Assembly: GCA_963749075.1 (NCBI GenBank)
Contig: CAVVLJ010000004.1
Location: 320,001 to 384,000 of the forward strand
Length of the DNA: 64,000 nucleotides
Direction of reading: 5' to 3'
Origin: an uncultured Pseudomonadota bacterium
Lineage (GTDB): Bacteria > Pseudomonadota > Alphaproteobacteria > JACZXZ01
Part shown: in pieces, positions 10,467 to 18,781 of the stretch
Layout of the letters: each line of letters opens with the position of its first letter
Position numbering within the stretch: the first letter of the stretch is position 1
Made by a program: the position numbers and the translations under genes
Notes under the pieces: generated by a model
The model's database searches: none
Told to the model about the DNA's origin: nothing
What the model saw: the letters and a program-made list of their open reading frames with translations, nothing else

Positions 10467-10943
10467 CTACGGATAGAAGAGGCTGAAGGAGATGACGCCG
10501 CCCGCCGGCGTCAGCTCGAAGGCCGCCGCATTGAATCTCGGCGCGGAGAATCTGGCCCGCACGTCGTTGGAGAAGCCATAGCCTTCTCTCGGCATGCCGA
10601 TGAAGTTGGTCTTGAACTTGTTGCTGTTGTCTTCGTCGTGATAGGCGTTCACGGCATAGATGCCGGGCGGCACGTCGAACTTGAAGACGACCTCGCCGAC
10701 TTGGGCCGGCTTGATCAGGTCGTGCTCCTTGGCCGATTTGTCCGGCCACTCGGCCGGCGAGGCATAAAGCGAGAGTCTGACCACGCCGTTCGAATTGCGC
10801 ACGTTCTCGACCTTGATGATGAGCTCGACCGCCTCCGCCGGCCGCGGCACGAAGGCGCCAAGGAGCATGGCCGCGGCGAGGAGCGCCGCCGCGAGCGCGC
10901 CCGCCCGGCCGGCCGGACGAGAGTGTTTTGCCGAAGACGCCAT
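10467..10943 (-). CDS. DUF2141 family exported protein
   Basis: Signal peptide, then GIYAVNAYHDED.N.K..NFIGMPREGYGFSND, typical of DUF2141. Confidence 0.8.
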   Translation of the reverse strand: MASSAKHSRPAGRAGALAAALLAAAMLLGAFVPRPAEAVELIIKVENVRNSNGVVRLSLYASPAEWPDKSAKEHDLIKPAQVGEVVFKFDVPPGIYAVNAYHDEDNSNKFKTNFIGMPREGYGFSNDVRARFSAPRFNAAAFELTPAGGVISFSLFYP

Positions 10944-11116
10944 GCCGAGCACCCGTGCCGGAAACCTCGATCGGCGCGATTGTGGCAAATCCGGTCCTGC
11001 CGGCCAAGGGCCTAAGTCGGGGCGCCGCGCGCGCTGCACTCGCCAACAAACGCTTCACAAAGAGGCGGCGAGCGGGCATTGTGTCGCGCGGCGGGCGCGG
11101 GAGAGAGTGTCTCGAC

Positions 11117-12278
11117 ATGAAGATCGCCATCACCAAGGAGCGGCACGAGCACGAGCGGCGCGTCGCCGCGACGCCGGACACGGTGAAGAAGTTCATCGCC
11201 CTCGGCCTCGAGGTCACGGTCGAGCGCGGCGCCGGCGAAGGGGCCTCCTTCGGCGACGAGGCCTACGTCCAGGCCGGCGCCGGGCTCGCCGCGGACGCCG
11301 CAGAGGCGCTCCGCGATGCCGACATCGTGCTCAAGGTCCAGCGGCCGCTCGAGGCGGCGGACGGGGGCGGCGAGCTCGCCCTCATGAAGCGCGGCGCCCT
11401 TCTCATCGGCATGCTCGCACCCTACGGCAGCCACGAGCGCCTGGCGGCCTACGCGGCGGCCGGCATCTCGGCCTTCGCCATGGAGCTCATGCCGCGCATC
11501 TCGCGCGCCCAGTCCATGGACGTGCTCTCCTCCCAGGCGAACCTGGCGGGCTACAAGGCGGTGCTCGACGCCGCGGTGCAATTCGGCCGTGCCTTTCCCA
11601 TGATGATGACGGCGGCGGGCACGGTGGCGCCGGCGCGCGTCATCGTGATGGGCGTGGGCGTGGCCGGCCTGCAGGCGATCGCGACGGCGCGGCGCCTCGG
11701 CGCCGTGGTCTCCGGCTACGACGTGCGACCGGCGGTCAAGGAGCAGGTGCAGTCGCTGGGCGCGGCCTTCGTCGAGGTCGACGCCGAGCAGGCCAAGGAG
11801 GCCGAGACGGCCGGCGGCTACGCCAAGGAGATGAGCGAGGCCTATAAGGCGAAGCAGGCGGCGGTGCTGCGCGAGACGCTCAAGAAGCAGGAACGTCGCC
11901 ATCACCACGGCGCTCATCCCCGGCCGCCCGGCGCCGGTGCTGATCAGCGAGGAGATGGTGCGCGAGATGAAGCCGGGCTCGGTCATCGTCGATCTCGCCG
12001 TCGAGGCAGGGGGCAACTGTCCGCTCTCCGAGCCAGGCCTGGTCGTGGTCAAGCACGGCGTCACCATCGTCGGGTACGCCAACTACGCGAGCCGCATCGC
12101 CGTCGACGCCTCGTCGCTCTATGCGCGCAACCTCTACAACTTCCTCTCGCCCTTCGCCAAAAACGACGGCGGCGGGATCGAGATCAAGTGGGACGACGAG
12201 CTGGTCAAGGGCACGCTCCTCACCCACGACGGCAAGATCGTCCATCCGAGCTTCGTCGCCGAGCCGGCACTCGTCTAG
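11117..12278 (+). CDS. pntA: NAD(P) transhydrogenase alpha subunit part 1, with an apparent +1 frameshift at about 11892
   Basis: ERRVAATP, RISRAQSMDVLSSQANLAGY, GVGVAGLQAI. CAG-GAAC-GTC has one extra A; removing it restores QDVAITTALIPGRPAP and joins ORF 11937-12278. Confidence 0.9.
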
Positions 12279-12310
12279 CGACCGAGGCTCGATCTAGAGG
12301 GGACTAGGTC

Positions 12311-12721
12311 ATGGATCCCACGACACTCGCCGACCACGCCTCGCGGCTTGCGACCGGTGCGGCCAGGCTCGCCGAGGAGGCGGCCCGGCTCGCCAACGAG
12401 ACGACCCAGCTCGTCGCCCAGCAGGCCCCCGCGGCCGGCCTCGATCCCGCGATCATGGGGCTCACCGTCTTCGTGCTTACCTGCTTCGTCGGCTATTACG
12501 TGGTGTGGAAGGTGACGCCGGCGCTCCACTCCCCGCTCATGTCGGTGACCAATGCCATCTCGAGCGTGATCATCGTGGGCGCGCTCCTCGCCGCCGGCCC
12601 CGCCTCTCTCAATTTCTCCAAGATCATGGGTTTCGTGGCGGTGACGCTCGCCTCGGTCAATATCTTCGGCGGCTTCATCGTGACCCAGCGCATGCTGCAG
12701 ATGTTCCGCAAGCGCAAGTAG
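12311..12721 (+). CDS. NAD(P) transhydrogenase alpha subunit part 2 (membrane)
   Basis: [31 protein letters not shown]. Confidence 0.93.
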   Translation: MDPTTLADHASRLATGAARLAEEAARLANETTQLVAQQAPAAGLDPAIMGLTVFVLTCFVGYYVVWKVTPALHSPLMSVTNAISSVIIVGALLAAGPASLNFSKIMGFVAVTLASVNIFGGFIVTQRMLQMFRKRK

Positions 12722-12734
12722 GCGGGGGCGAATC

Positions 12735-14129
12735 ATGAGCGGCAATCTCGCGGCGATCGCCTATCTCGTCGCCTCCGTCTGCTTCATCCTGGCGCTGAGG
12801 GGCCTCTCCTCCCCCGAGAGCGCCAGGCTGGGCAATGTCCTCGGCATCATCGGCATGGTGATCGCGGTGGCGACCACGCTCGCCGCACCTGGCGTCGTGA
12901 GCTACGGCCTGATCGCCGCCGGCGTGGTCATCGGCGGCACCATCGGCACCATCATAGCGCTGCGCATCCAGATGACGGCGCTGCCCCAGCTCGTGGCGGC
13001 GTTCCACAGCCTGGTCGGTCTGGCGGCGGTCTCGGTCGCCGCGGCCGCCTTCTATCATCCGGAGGCCTACGGCATCATGGGGCCGGCGGGCATCTATCGC
13101 GCGAGCCTCATCGAGATGAGCCTCGGCACCGCCATCGGCGCCGTCACCTTCACGGGCTCGATCATCGCCTTCGGCAAGCTGCAGGCCATCCTCTCCGGCA
13201 AGCCGCTCGTCTTCCCCGGCCAGCATCTCCTCAATGCCGCCCAGGGCATAGCCCTCGTGGCGCTCATCGTGTGGTTCGCCATCTCCGGAGGCGCGCTCGC
13301 CTTCTGGCTCATCGTGGCATTGGCACTGACGCTCGGCTTCCTCCTCATCCTGCCGATCGGCGGCGCCGACATGCCGGTCGTCATCTCCATGCTCAACAGC
13401 TACTCGGGCTGGGCCGCCTGCGGCATCGGCTTCACGCTCGACAACAATCTCCTCATCGTCACCGGAGCACTGGTCGGCTCCTCGGGCGCCATCCTCAGCT
13501 ACATCATGTGCAAGGGGATGAACCGCTCGATCTTCAACGTCATCCTCGGCGGCTTCGGCGGCGAGACCTCGGAGGCCGCGGGGGCGGGTGCGCGCGACCG
13601 CACCGTCAAGCAGGGCTCGGCCGACGACGCCGCCTTCATCATGAAGAACGCCGGCTCGGTCGTCATCGTGCCGGGCTACGGCATGGCGGTGGCGCAGGCC
13701 CAGCATGCGCTGCGCGAGATGGCCGACCTCCTCAAGAAGGACGGCATCAAGGTGCGCTACGCCATCCATCCGGTGGCGGGGCGCATGCCGGGGCACATGA
13801 ACGTGCTGCTCGCCGAGGCCAACGTGCCCTACGACGAGGTGCTCGAGCTCGAGGAGATCAACCGCGACTTCTCCACGACCGACGTGGCCTTCGTCATCGG
13901 CGCCAACGACGTGACCAACCCGTCCGCCAAGAACGATCCCTCGAGCCCCATCTACGGCATGCCGGTGCTCGACGTGGAGAACGCCAAGACCGTGCTCTTC
14001 GTCAAGCGCTCGCTCGCCTCGGGCTATGCCGGCATCGACAATCCGCTGTTCTACCGCGACAACACCATGATGCTCTTCGGCGACGCCAAGAAGATGTGCG
14101 AGGGCATCGTCAAGGCGCTCGCGCACTGA
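12735..14129 (+). CDS. pntB: NAD(P) transhydrogenase beta subunit
   Basis: PIGGADMPVVISMLNSYSG, HPVAGRMPGHMNVLLAEA, GANDVTNP. Confidence 0.96.
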   Translation: MSGNLAAIAYLVASVCFILALRGLSSPESARLGNVLGIIGMVIAVATTLAAPGVVSYGLIAAGVVIGGTIGTIIALRIQMTALPQLVAAFHSLVGLAAVSVAAAAFYHPEAYGIMGPAGIYRASLIEMSLGTAIGAVTFTGSIIAFGKLQAILSGKPLVFPGQHLLNAAQGIALVALIVWFAISGGALAFWLIVALALTLGFLLILPIGGADMPVVISMLNSYSGWAACGIGFTLDNNLLIVTGALVGSSGAILSYIMCKGMNRSIFNVILGGFGGETSEAAGAGARDRTVKQGSADDAAFIMKNAGSVVIVPGYGMAVAQAQHALREMADLLKKDGIKVRYAIHPVAGRMPGHMNVLLAEANVPYDEVLELEEINRDFSTTDVAFVIGANDVTNPSAKNDPSSPIYGMPVLDVENAKTVLFVKRSLASGYAGIDNPLFYRDNTMMLFGDAKKMCEGIVKALAH

Positions 14130-14139
14130 GGGCGGCCTT

Positions 14140-15195
14140 CTATCGCTGCGACCACTCCGTCTTGAAGCGCTCGAAGCGGCTGGGGATGCGGTGGATCGCC
14201 TCCAACAGCGCGCGCACGACGCCCGGCTCGGCACCTTCCGTGCCCTCGAGCGTCACGCAATCGACGAGGCCGCCGAAGCGGCGTGCGATGGCGTCCGGCA
14301 GCTCGTCATAGGTGCCCGCCGCCGCGAAGAGTGCGAGCACCTCGTCCGCGATGAGCGGCGGCATGCTGTCGAACTCGCGCCGCCGCGCCATCTCGCTCAA
14401 GCGCTTGCCGAGCTCGACGAGCCCGTGCGCCTCGAGGACCGGGCGGTAGGCCGGCGTGGAGGCGTACCAGGCGACCCGGTAGCGCGTGCGCTCGAGGGCG
14501 GGGGCGAGCGCCGCGCGGTCGCGGCCGGTCACGACGAAGCCGCCGCCGCTCACCTCGAAGCCCGCCCGCGCCATGCCCCGCATCGTGAGCCCGCGCTCGA
14601 GGATGGGTGCTACCGTCTCCTCGATGTATTTGCGCGTGGCAAAGCCGTGCAGGCGCACGCCGTCGGCGATCTCGGCCGCGGTCTTCAGCATGAGCGGGCC
14701 GACCGCGGCGAGGGTGAGGGGCACCATCGGCAGGCGGTTGGGCCCGGGCGAGAACTCCCGGTTCATCAGGTTGAAGCGGTAGTGCTTGCCCTGGAAATCG
14801 AGCGGGACGCCGGTCTCCCAGGTGCGCCAGATGGCACGCAGCGCCTGCAAATATTCGCCCATGCGCGCGGCGGGCGCCGACCAGGGCACGCTGAAGCGCC
14901 GCTCCACGTGCGCGCGCACCTGGCTGCCCAGGCCGAGGGCGAAGCGGCCGCCGCTCGCGCGCGCGAGGTCCCACGCCTGGTGTGCCACGATCATGGGGCT
15001 GCGCGGAAAGGCGAGGGCGACCGAGGTGGCAAGTGCCGCTCGCCCGGTCGCCAGCGCCGCGAACGCCAGCGGCACGAAGGGGTCGTGCTTGGTCTCGTTG
15101 GTCTGCAGCGTGTCGAAGCCGAGCTCCTCGGCCTGCCGCGCCGCCGGCCCGCAGGCGCGCCAGTCATGGGCGGGCAGCACCAGTGCTACCTGCAT
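14140..15195 (-). CDS. Luciferase-like (LLM) oxidoreductase, probable F420-dependent class
   Basis: ETKHDPF, AFPRSPM, GRFALGLGSQVRAH, AAVGP.M, YASTPAY. Confidence 0.85.
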   Translation of the reverse strand: MQVALVLPAHDWRACGPAARQAEELGFDTLQTNETKHDPFVPLAFAALATGRAALATSVALAFPRSPMIVAHQAWDLARASGGRFALGLGSQVRAHVERRFSVPWSAPAARMGEYLQALRAIWRTWETGVPLDFQGKHYRFNLMNREFSPGPNRLPMVPLTLAAVGPLMLKTAAEIADGVRLHGFATRKYIEETVAPILERGLTMRGMARAGFEVSGGGFVVTGRDRAALAPALERTRYRVAWYASTPAYRPVLEAHGLVELGKRLSEMARRREFDSMPPLIADEVLALFAAAGTYDELPDAIARRFGGLVDCVTLEGTEGAEPGVVRALLEAIHRIPSRFERFKTEWSQR

Positions 15196-15244
15196 CGCTC
15201 CATGCCCTCCGCGGCCGTGGAACGAGGCGGCGGAAGCGCGGCGG

Positions 15245-16072
15245 CTAGCGCTTCGCCCGCTCCTTCGCCGTGCCGTAGACGAGCGGCACCGCGGCCTGGG
15301 GGGAGAGCGGCTGGAAGGTGAAGCTCTCCTGGATGTAGAGCCGCACGCTCTCCGGGCCGTGGTCGAGATAGCCGACCGAGAAGTCCTGGCCCACGGTGAG
15401 CTCGAAGTCGCCGCCCCGCATCGACAGCACCGCAGCACCCTTGACCGCGGGCGCCCATACGATGGGGCCGTCCACGAGGCGCCGCACGTGCTGGATCACC
15501 GGGTAGCCGCCTTTGGTCGTCTCGGTGAGCCCGGTGTAGCACTGCTGGCCGAGGGCGATGGCATAGGGGCCGTCGACCCCTGCCGCGCGCAGCCGCGTGA
15601 GCGCCGCCGCCACGGCGAGGGGATAGTCCTCGTAATTCTCCGTGAGGCTCACGGGCTTGCCGGGGGCCGCCTCGCACACGCCGCGGATGCCGGCCGCGCC
15701 ATAGCCGTGGAAGACGGCGCGGTCCTCGGCGATCGCAATTCGGCGCGCCGCGTCGATGACGGCATCGAGATCGGGGTCCTTGGCGCCGCGCTCGACGGCG
15801 TCGAGCTCGGCGCGCGAAAGCTCGAAGGGCACGCGGAGCCGGACGAGCGGCAGCACCTCGCGCTGAAGCGTCTCGACGCCGCTCTCGGGCAACGGGGCGA
15901 GGGGTTTGAGCCGGCCGGTGCCGGCGGCTACGGCCGTAGCACCTTGCGGGCCGACGAAGTCGACGAGCTTGCGCGCGGCGAGCGTCGTCTTGAGGGTGCG
16001 CGCCGCCTCCCTGTCGATTTCCGCCCATGCCGCAGCGGAGATGGGCGCCAGCGGGCGAAGGAGATTGTCCAT
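15245..16072 (-). CDS. Family 1 encapsulin shell protein (Linocin M18 / HK97 fold)
   Basis: MDNLLRPLAPISAAAWAEID, ARKLVDFVGP, AEDRAVFHG, RGGDFELTVGQDFSVGY; 275 aa. Confidence 0.95.
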   Translation of the reverse strand: MDNLLRPLAPISAAAWAEIDREAARTLKTTLAARKLVDFVGPQGATAVAAGTGRLKPLAPLPESGVETLQREVLPLVRLRVPFELSRAELDAVERGAKDPDLDAVIDAARRIAIAEDRAVFHGYGAAGIRGVCEAAPGKPVSLTENYEDYPLAVAAALTRLRAAGVDGPYAIALGQQCYTGLTETTKGGYPVIQHVRRLVDGPIVWAPAVKGAAVLSMRGGDFELTVGQDFSVGYLDHGPESVRLYIQESFTFQPLSPQAAVPLVYGTAKERAKR

Positions 16073-16075
16073 GGC

Positions 16076-16477
16076 TCAGCTCCCCGCCACGGCGAGGCCG
16101 CCGGTGCCGCGCAGGCTGCCGATGCCGAGCGAGCCGTCGGAGGCCGCAGCCGGCGCCCCGGCGCCGCCTCCGCCGCCCGTCTCCGCCGCCTCGGCGGCGA
16201 TGATGGAGCCGTCCTTGAAGAGGTAGGTCCGGAGCTGGGTGCTGAGCGCCGGGTCGTGGCGGCGCAGCCACTCGAGCACCATAGAGGCGTGCTCCTTCTC
16301 CTCGTCGCGGTTGTGCGCGAGGATTTGCCGGAGCTCCTCGTCCTCCGCCGCATCGACCCGCTGGTCGTACCAGTCGACGGCCTCGAGCTCCTCCATCAGC
16401 GAGACGACCGCCCGGTGCCGGTCGACCGTCTCCGGCTTGAGCTTCGCCCGATCCTCGTGAAGTATCTCGCTTGACAT
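16076..16477 (-). CDS. Encapsulated ferritin (Flp/EncFtn) with C-terminal cargo-loading peptide
   Basis: HRAVVSLMEELEAVDWYDQR and HNRDEEKEH ferroxidase motifs, a Gly/Ala linker, then targeting peptide DGSLGIGSLRG. Ends 3 nt before the encapsulin gene. Confidence 0.95.
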   Translation of the reverse strand: MSSEILHEDRAKLKPETVDRHRAVVSLMEELEAVDWYDQRVDAAEDEELRQILAHNRDEEKEHASMVLEWLRRHDPALSTQLRTYLFKDGSIIAAEAAETGGGGGAGAPAAASDGSLGIGSLRGTGGLAVAGS

Positions 16478-16581
16478 CGCCCGGCTCCGCTTGTTCGCGA
16501 CAATTGTCCTGGGTGGTCGGCGCGCTCCGCCAAAGATGGCCCTTCGTCGCACATGCCGCAAGAGCCCGCAATAGGCTCGTC

Positions 16582-18774
16582 TTACTCCGTGGCACCCAGC
16601 CGCACGGTCTCGCTCACCCGCTCGCCCGTGGCGTCGATCACGGTGAGCGTGGAGAAGCCGGGCCCGTCGGGCTCGAAGAAGGCCGTCTCGCCGGGCTCCT
16701 TGACGACGGCGACCGGCCTGCCGTCGACCACCCAGCTGAGCGGCAGGGTGCCGCCCATCGCCTTGAGCGCCATCTGGGCGAAACGCGAGCCCTCCGGCTC
16801 GAGCTCGAGGGCGGCACCTTGCGGCGGAAAGAGGATGCGGAGCGGCGAGGAGGGCTGCCGCGCGCCGTAGGCCGGCTGCTGGCCGGCCGGCGAGAAGCGG
16901 CGCAGCGCCACGGGCAGCGCTCTCGCACCGCCGGCCGCCCACACCCCCTTGGGCTCGCTCTCTACCGCGGTCTCGGCCGGCAGCAGGCCGAAGACCTTGA
17001 AGAGCAGCGGCGCCGCGGCGCTGATGCCGTATTGGCCCGGGCGCGGCGCCCCGTCGGGCCGGCCGACCCAGACGCCGACCGTGTAGCGCTCGGAATAGCC
17101 GAGCGACCAGGCGTCGCGGAAGCCGTAGGAGGTGCCGGTCTTGTAGGCGATCGGCCGCATGGCGTTGCCCTGCGGCAGGCGCACCAGCGGATCGGGCAGC
17201 GCCGTGCCGCGCAGGATGTCGCCCACGTACCAGGCGGAGGCCGGGGTCAAGAGCGGCGTGCCGCTCGCCGCCGCGGCGCCGGCGCGGAAGGCGAGGGGGC
17301 GCACCATGCCGCCGTCGGCAAGTGCTGCATAGAGCATCACGAGATCGCGCAAGTCGATGCCGACGCCGCCGAGCGCCACCGCCAGCGACGGCCTCGTGAC
17401 GCCCTCCTCGAAGGTGAGCGCTGCGCCGGCACCGCGCACCGCCGCGACGAAGCGCTCGGTGCCCAGGCGCGAGAGGAGTGCCACGGCCGGAATGTTGAGC
17501 GAGCGCTGGAGCGCTTCGCGCACGGTCACCTCGCCGTGGTATTCGCGGTCGAAGTTCTGCGGCGCGTAGTCGCCGAGGCGGAGCGGGGCGTCCTCGATGA
17601 TGGTGTCCGGATGGATGAGGAGGGCATCGAAGCCCATGCCGTAGATGAAGGGCTTGAGGGTCGAGCCCGGCGAGCGCTCGGCGCGCGTCATGTCGATCTG
17701 TCCGAAGGGTGCGGCGAAATCGGCGCTGCCCACCGCCACGCGCACTTGCCGTCCGCGGTTCTCGACCACGAGCACGGCGATCGAGGCGCCCTCCTCGAGC
17801 AGCTCGCGGCGCACCAGCTCCTCGACCCGGCGCTCGAGGCGGCCGTCGAGCGTGGTGCGCAGAACCGTGCCGGCGGGTGCGGCTGCCGCGAGCTCGGCCG
17901 CCAGCTGCGGGGCGAGGAAGGGCAGCGCCGCGCGGTGCCGCGGCAGCGCCTCGGCCGCCGCCTCGGCAGCCTCGCTTCGGCCGAGTGCCCCGCGGGCGAC
18001 GAGCTCGCGCAGCACCTTGTCGCGCGCGCGCTGCGCCGCCTCGGGGTGGAGGTCGGGGCGCACGCGCTCGGGCGATTGCGGGAGTGCTACGAGGAGGGCG
18101 GCCTCGCCCGGCGTGAGATGGCGCGGCTCCTTGCCGAAATAGGCGAGCGAGGCGGCGCGCACGCCTTCGAGGTTGCCGCCGAAGGGCGCCAGCGTGAGGT
18201 AGATCGACAGGATCTCCGCCTTCGAGAGGCGGCGCTCGAGCTGCAGCGCCTGCAGCATCTCGCCCGCCTTGCCGAGGAGCGTGCGCGGCCGCGGCGAGAG
18301 CAGGCGCGCCGTCTGCATGGTGAGCGTCGAGCCGCCCGAGACGATGTGCCCGGCCCTGACCCACTGCCAGAGAGCCCGCGCCAAGGCCGCCGGATCGACG
18401 CCCCAGTGGCGGGGAAAGCGCTTGTCCTCGTAGGCCTCGAGCAGGGCGACATAGACCGGGTCCACGTCCTTGACCGCGGTCTTGAGGCGCCAGGACTGGT
18501 CGGGGGCGGTGAAGGCGCGCAGAATCTCGCCGCGCTCGTCGAGCACCACCGTCGAGGGATTGGCATAGCGCTCGAGCGACGGCGGGAACAGGCGGTCGAG
18601 GATCACGAGTGCGCCTGAGAGCGCGATCGCGGCGCCGAGCACGGCGAACAATGTGCGAGCGCCCCCCCACCCTAGCCTCCCCCTCAAGGGGGGAGGGGAA
18701 CAACGCAGAGGCTCACACGGCGAACCCCCTCCCCCCTTGAGGGGGAGGGATGGGGAGGGGGGTGTTCCCAACAC
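16582..18774 (-). CDS. pbpC: Penicillin-binding protein 1C
   Basis: Transglycosylase EDKRF..H.GVD and GGSTLTMQ; transpeptidase STLK, SLN, KTGT; C-terminal biPBP domain; follows the alpha-2-macroglobulin gene. Start codon uncertain. Confidence 0.93.
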   Translation of the reverse strand: MLGTPPSPSLPLKGGGGSPCEPLRCSPPPLRGRLGWGGARTLFAVLGAAIALSGALVILDRLFPPSLERYANPSTVVLDERGEILRAFTAPDQSWRLKTAVKDVDPVYVALLEAYEDKRFPRHWGVDPAALARALWQWVRAGHIVSGGSTLTMQTARLLSPRPRTLLGKAGEMLQALQLERRLSKAEILSIYLTLAPFGGNLEGVRAASLAYFGKEPRHLTPGEAALLVALPQSPERVRPDLHPEAAQRARDKVLRELVARGALGRSEAAEAAAEALPRHRAALPFLAPQLAAELAAAAPAGTVLRTTLDGRLERRVEELVRRELLEEGASIAVLVVENRGRQVRVAVGSADFAAPFGQIDMTRAERSPGSTLKPFIYGMGFDALLIHPDTIIEDAPLRLGDYAPQNFDREYHGEVTVREALQRSLNIPAVALLSRLGTERFVAAVRGAGAALTFEEGVTRPSLAVALGGVGIDLRDLVMLYAALADGGMVRPLAFRAGAAAASGTPLLTPASAWYVGDILRGTALPDPLVRLPQGNAMRPIAYKTGTSYGFRDAWSLGYSERYTVGVWVGRPDGAPRPGQYGISAAAPLLFKVFGLLPAETAVESEPKGVWAAGGARALPVALRRFSPAGQQPAYGARQPSSPLRILFPPQGAALELEPEGSRFAQMALKAMGGTLPLSWVVDGRPVAVVKEPGETAFFEPDGPGFSTLTVIDATGERVSETVRLGATE
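18662..18764. repeat. REP-like palindromic doublet, family A (CCCTCCCCCTTGAGGGGGAGGG)
   Basis: Two inverted GC hairpin units; the same motif recurs at 44194-44243. Confidence 0.8.
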
Positions 18775-18781
18775 GTCCGCG

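Noticed and set aside
11880-11900. Programmed ribosomal frameshift in pntA
   Set aside because: No slippery sequence is present and I know of no precedent in this family; an indel is more likely.
16076-18703. 875-aa ORF suggesting a giant ferritin fusion cargo
   Set aside because: The N-terminal ~740 aa is an Arg/Pro-rich off-frame reading of pbpC; only the last 133 aa are the ferritin.
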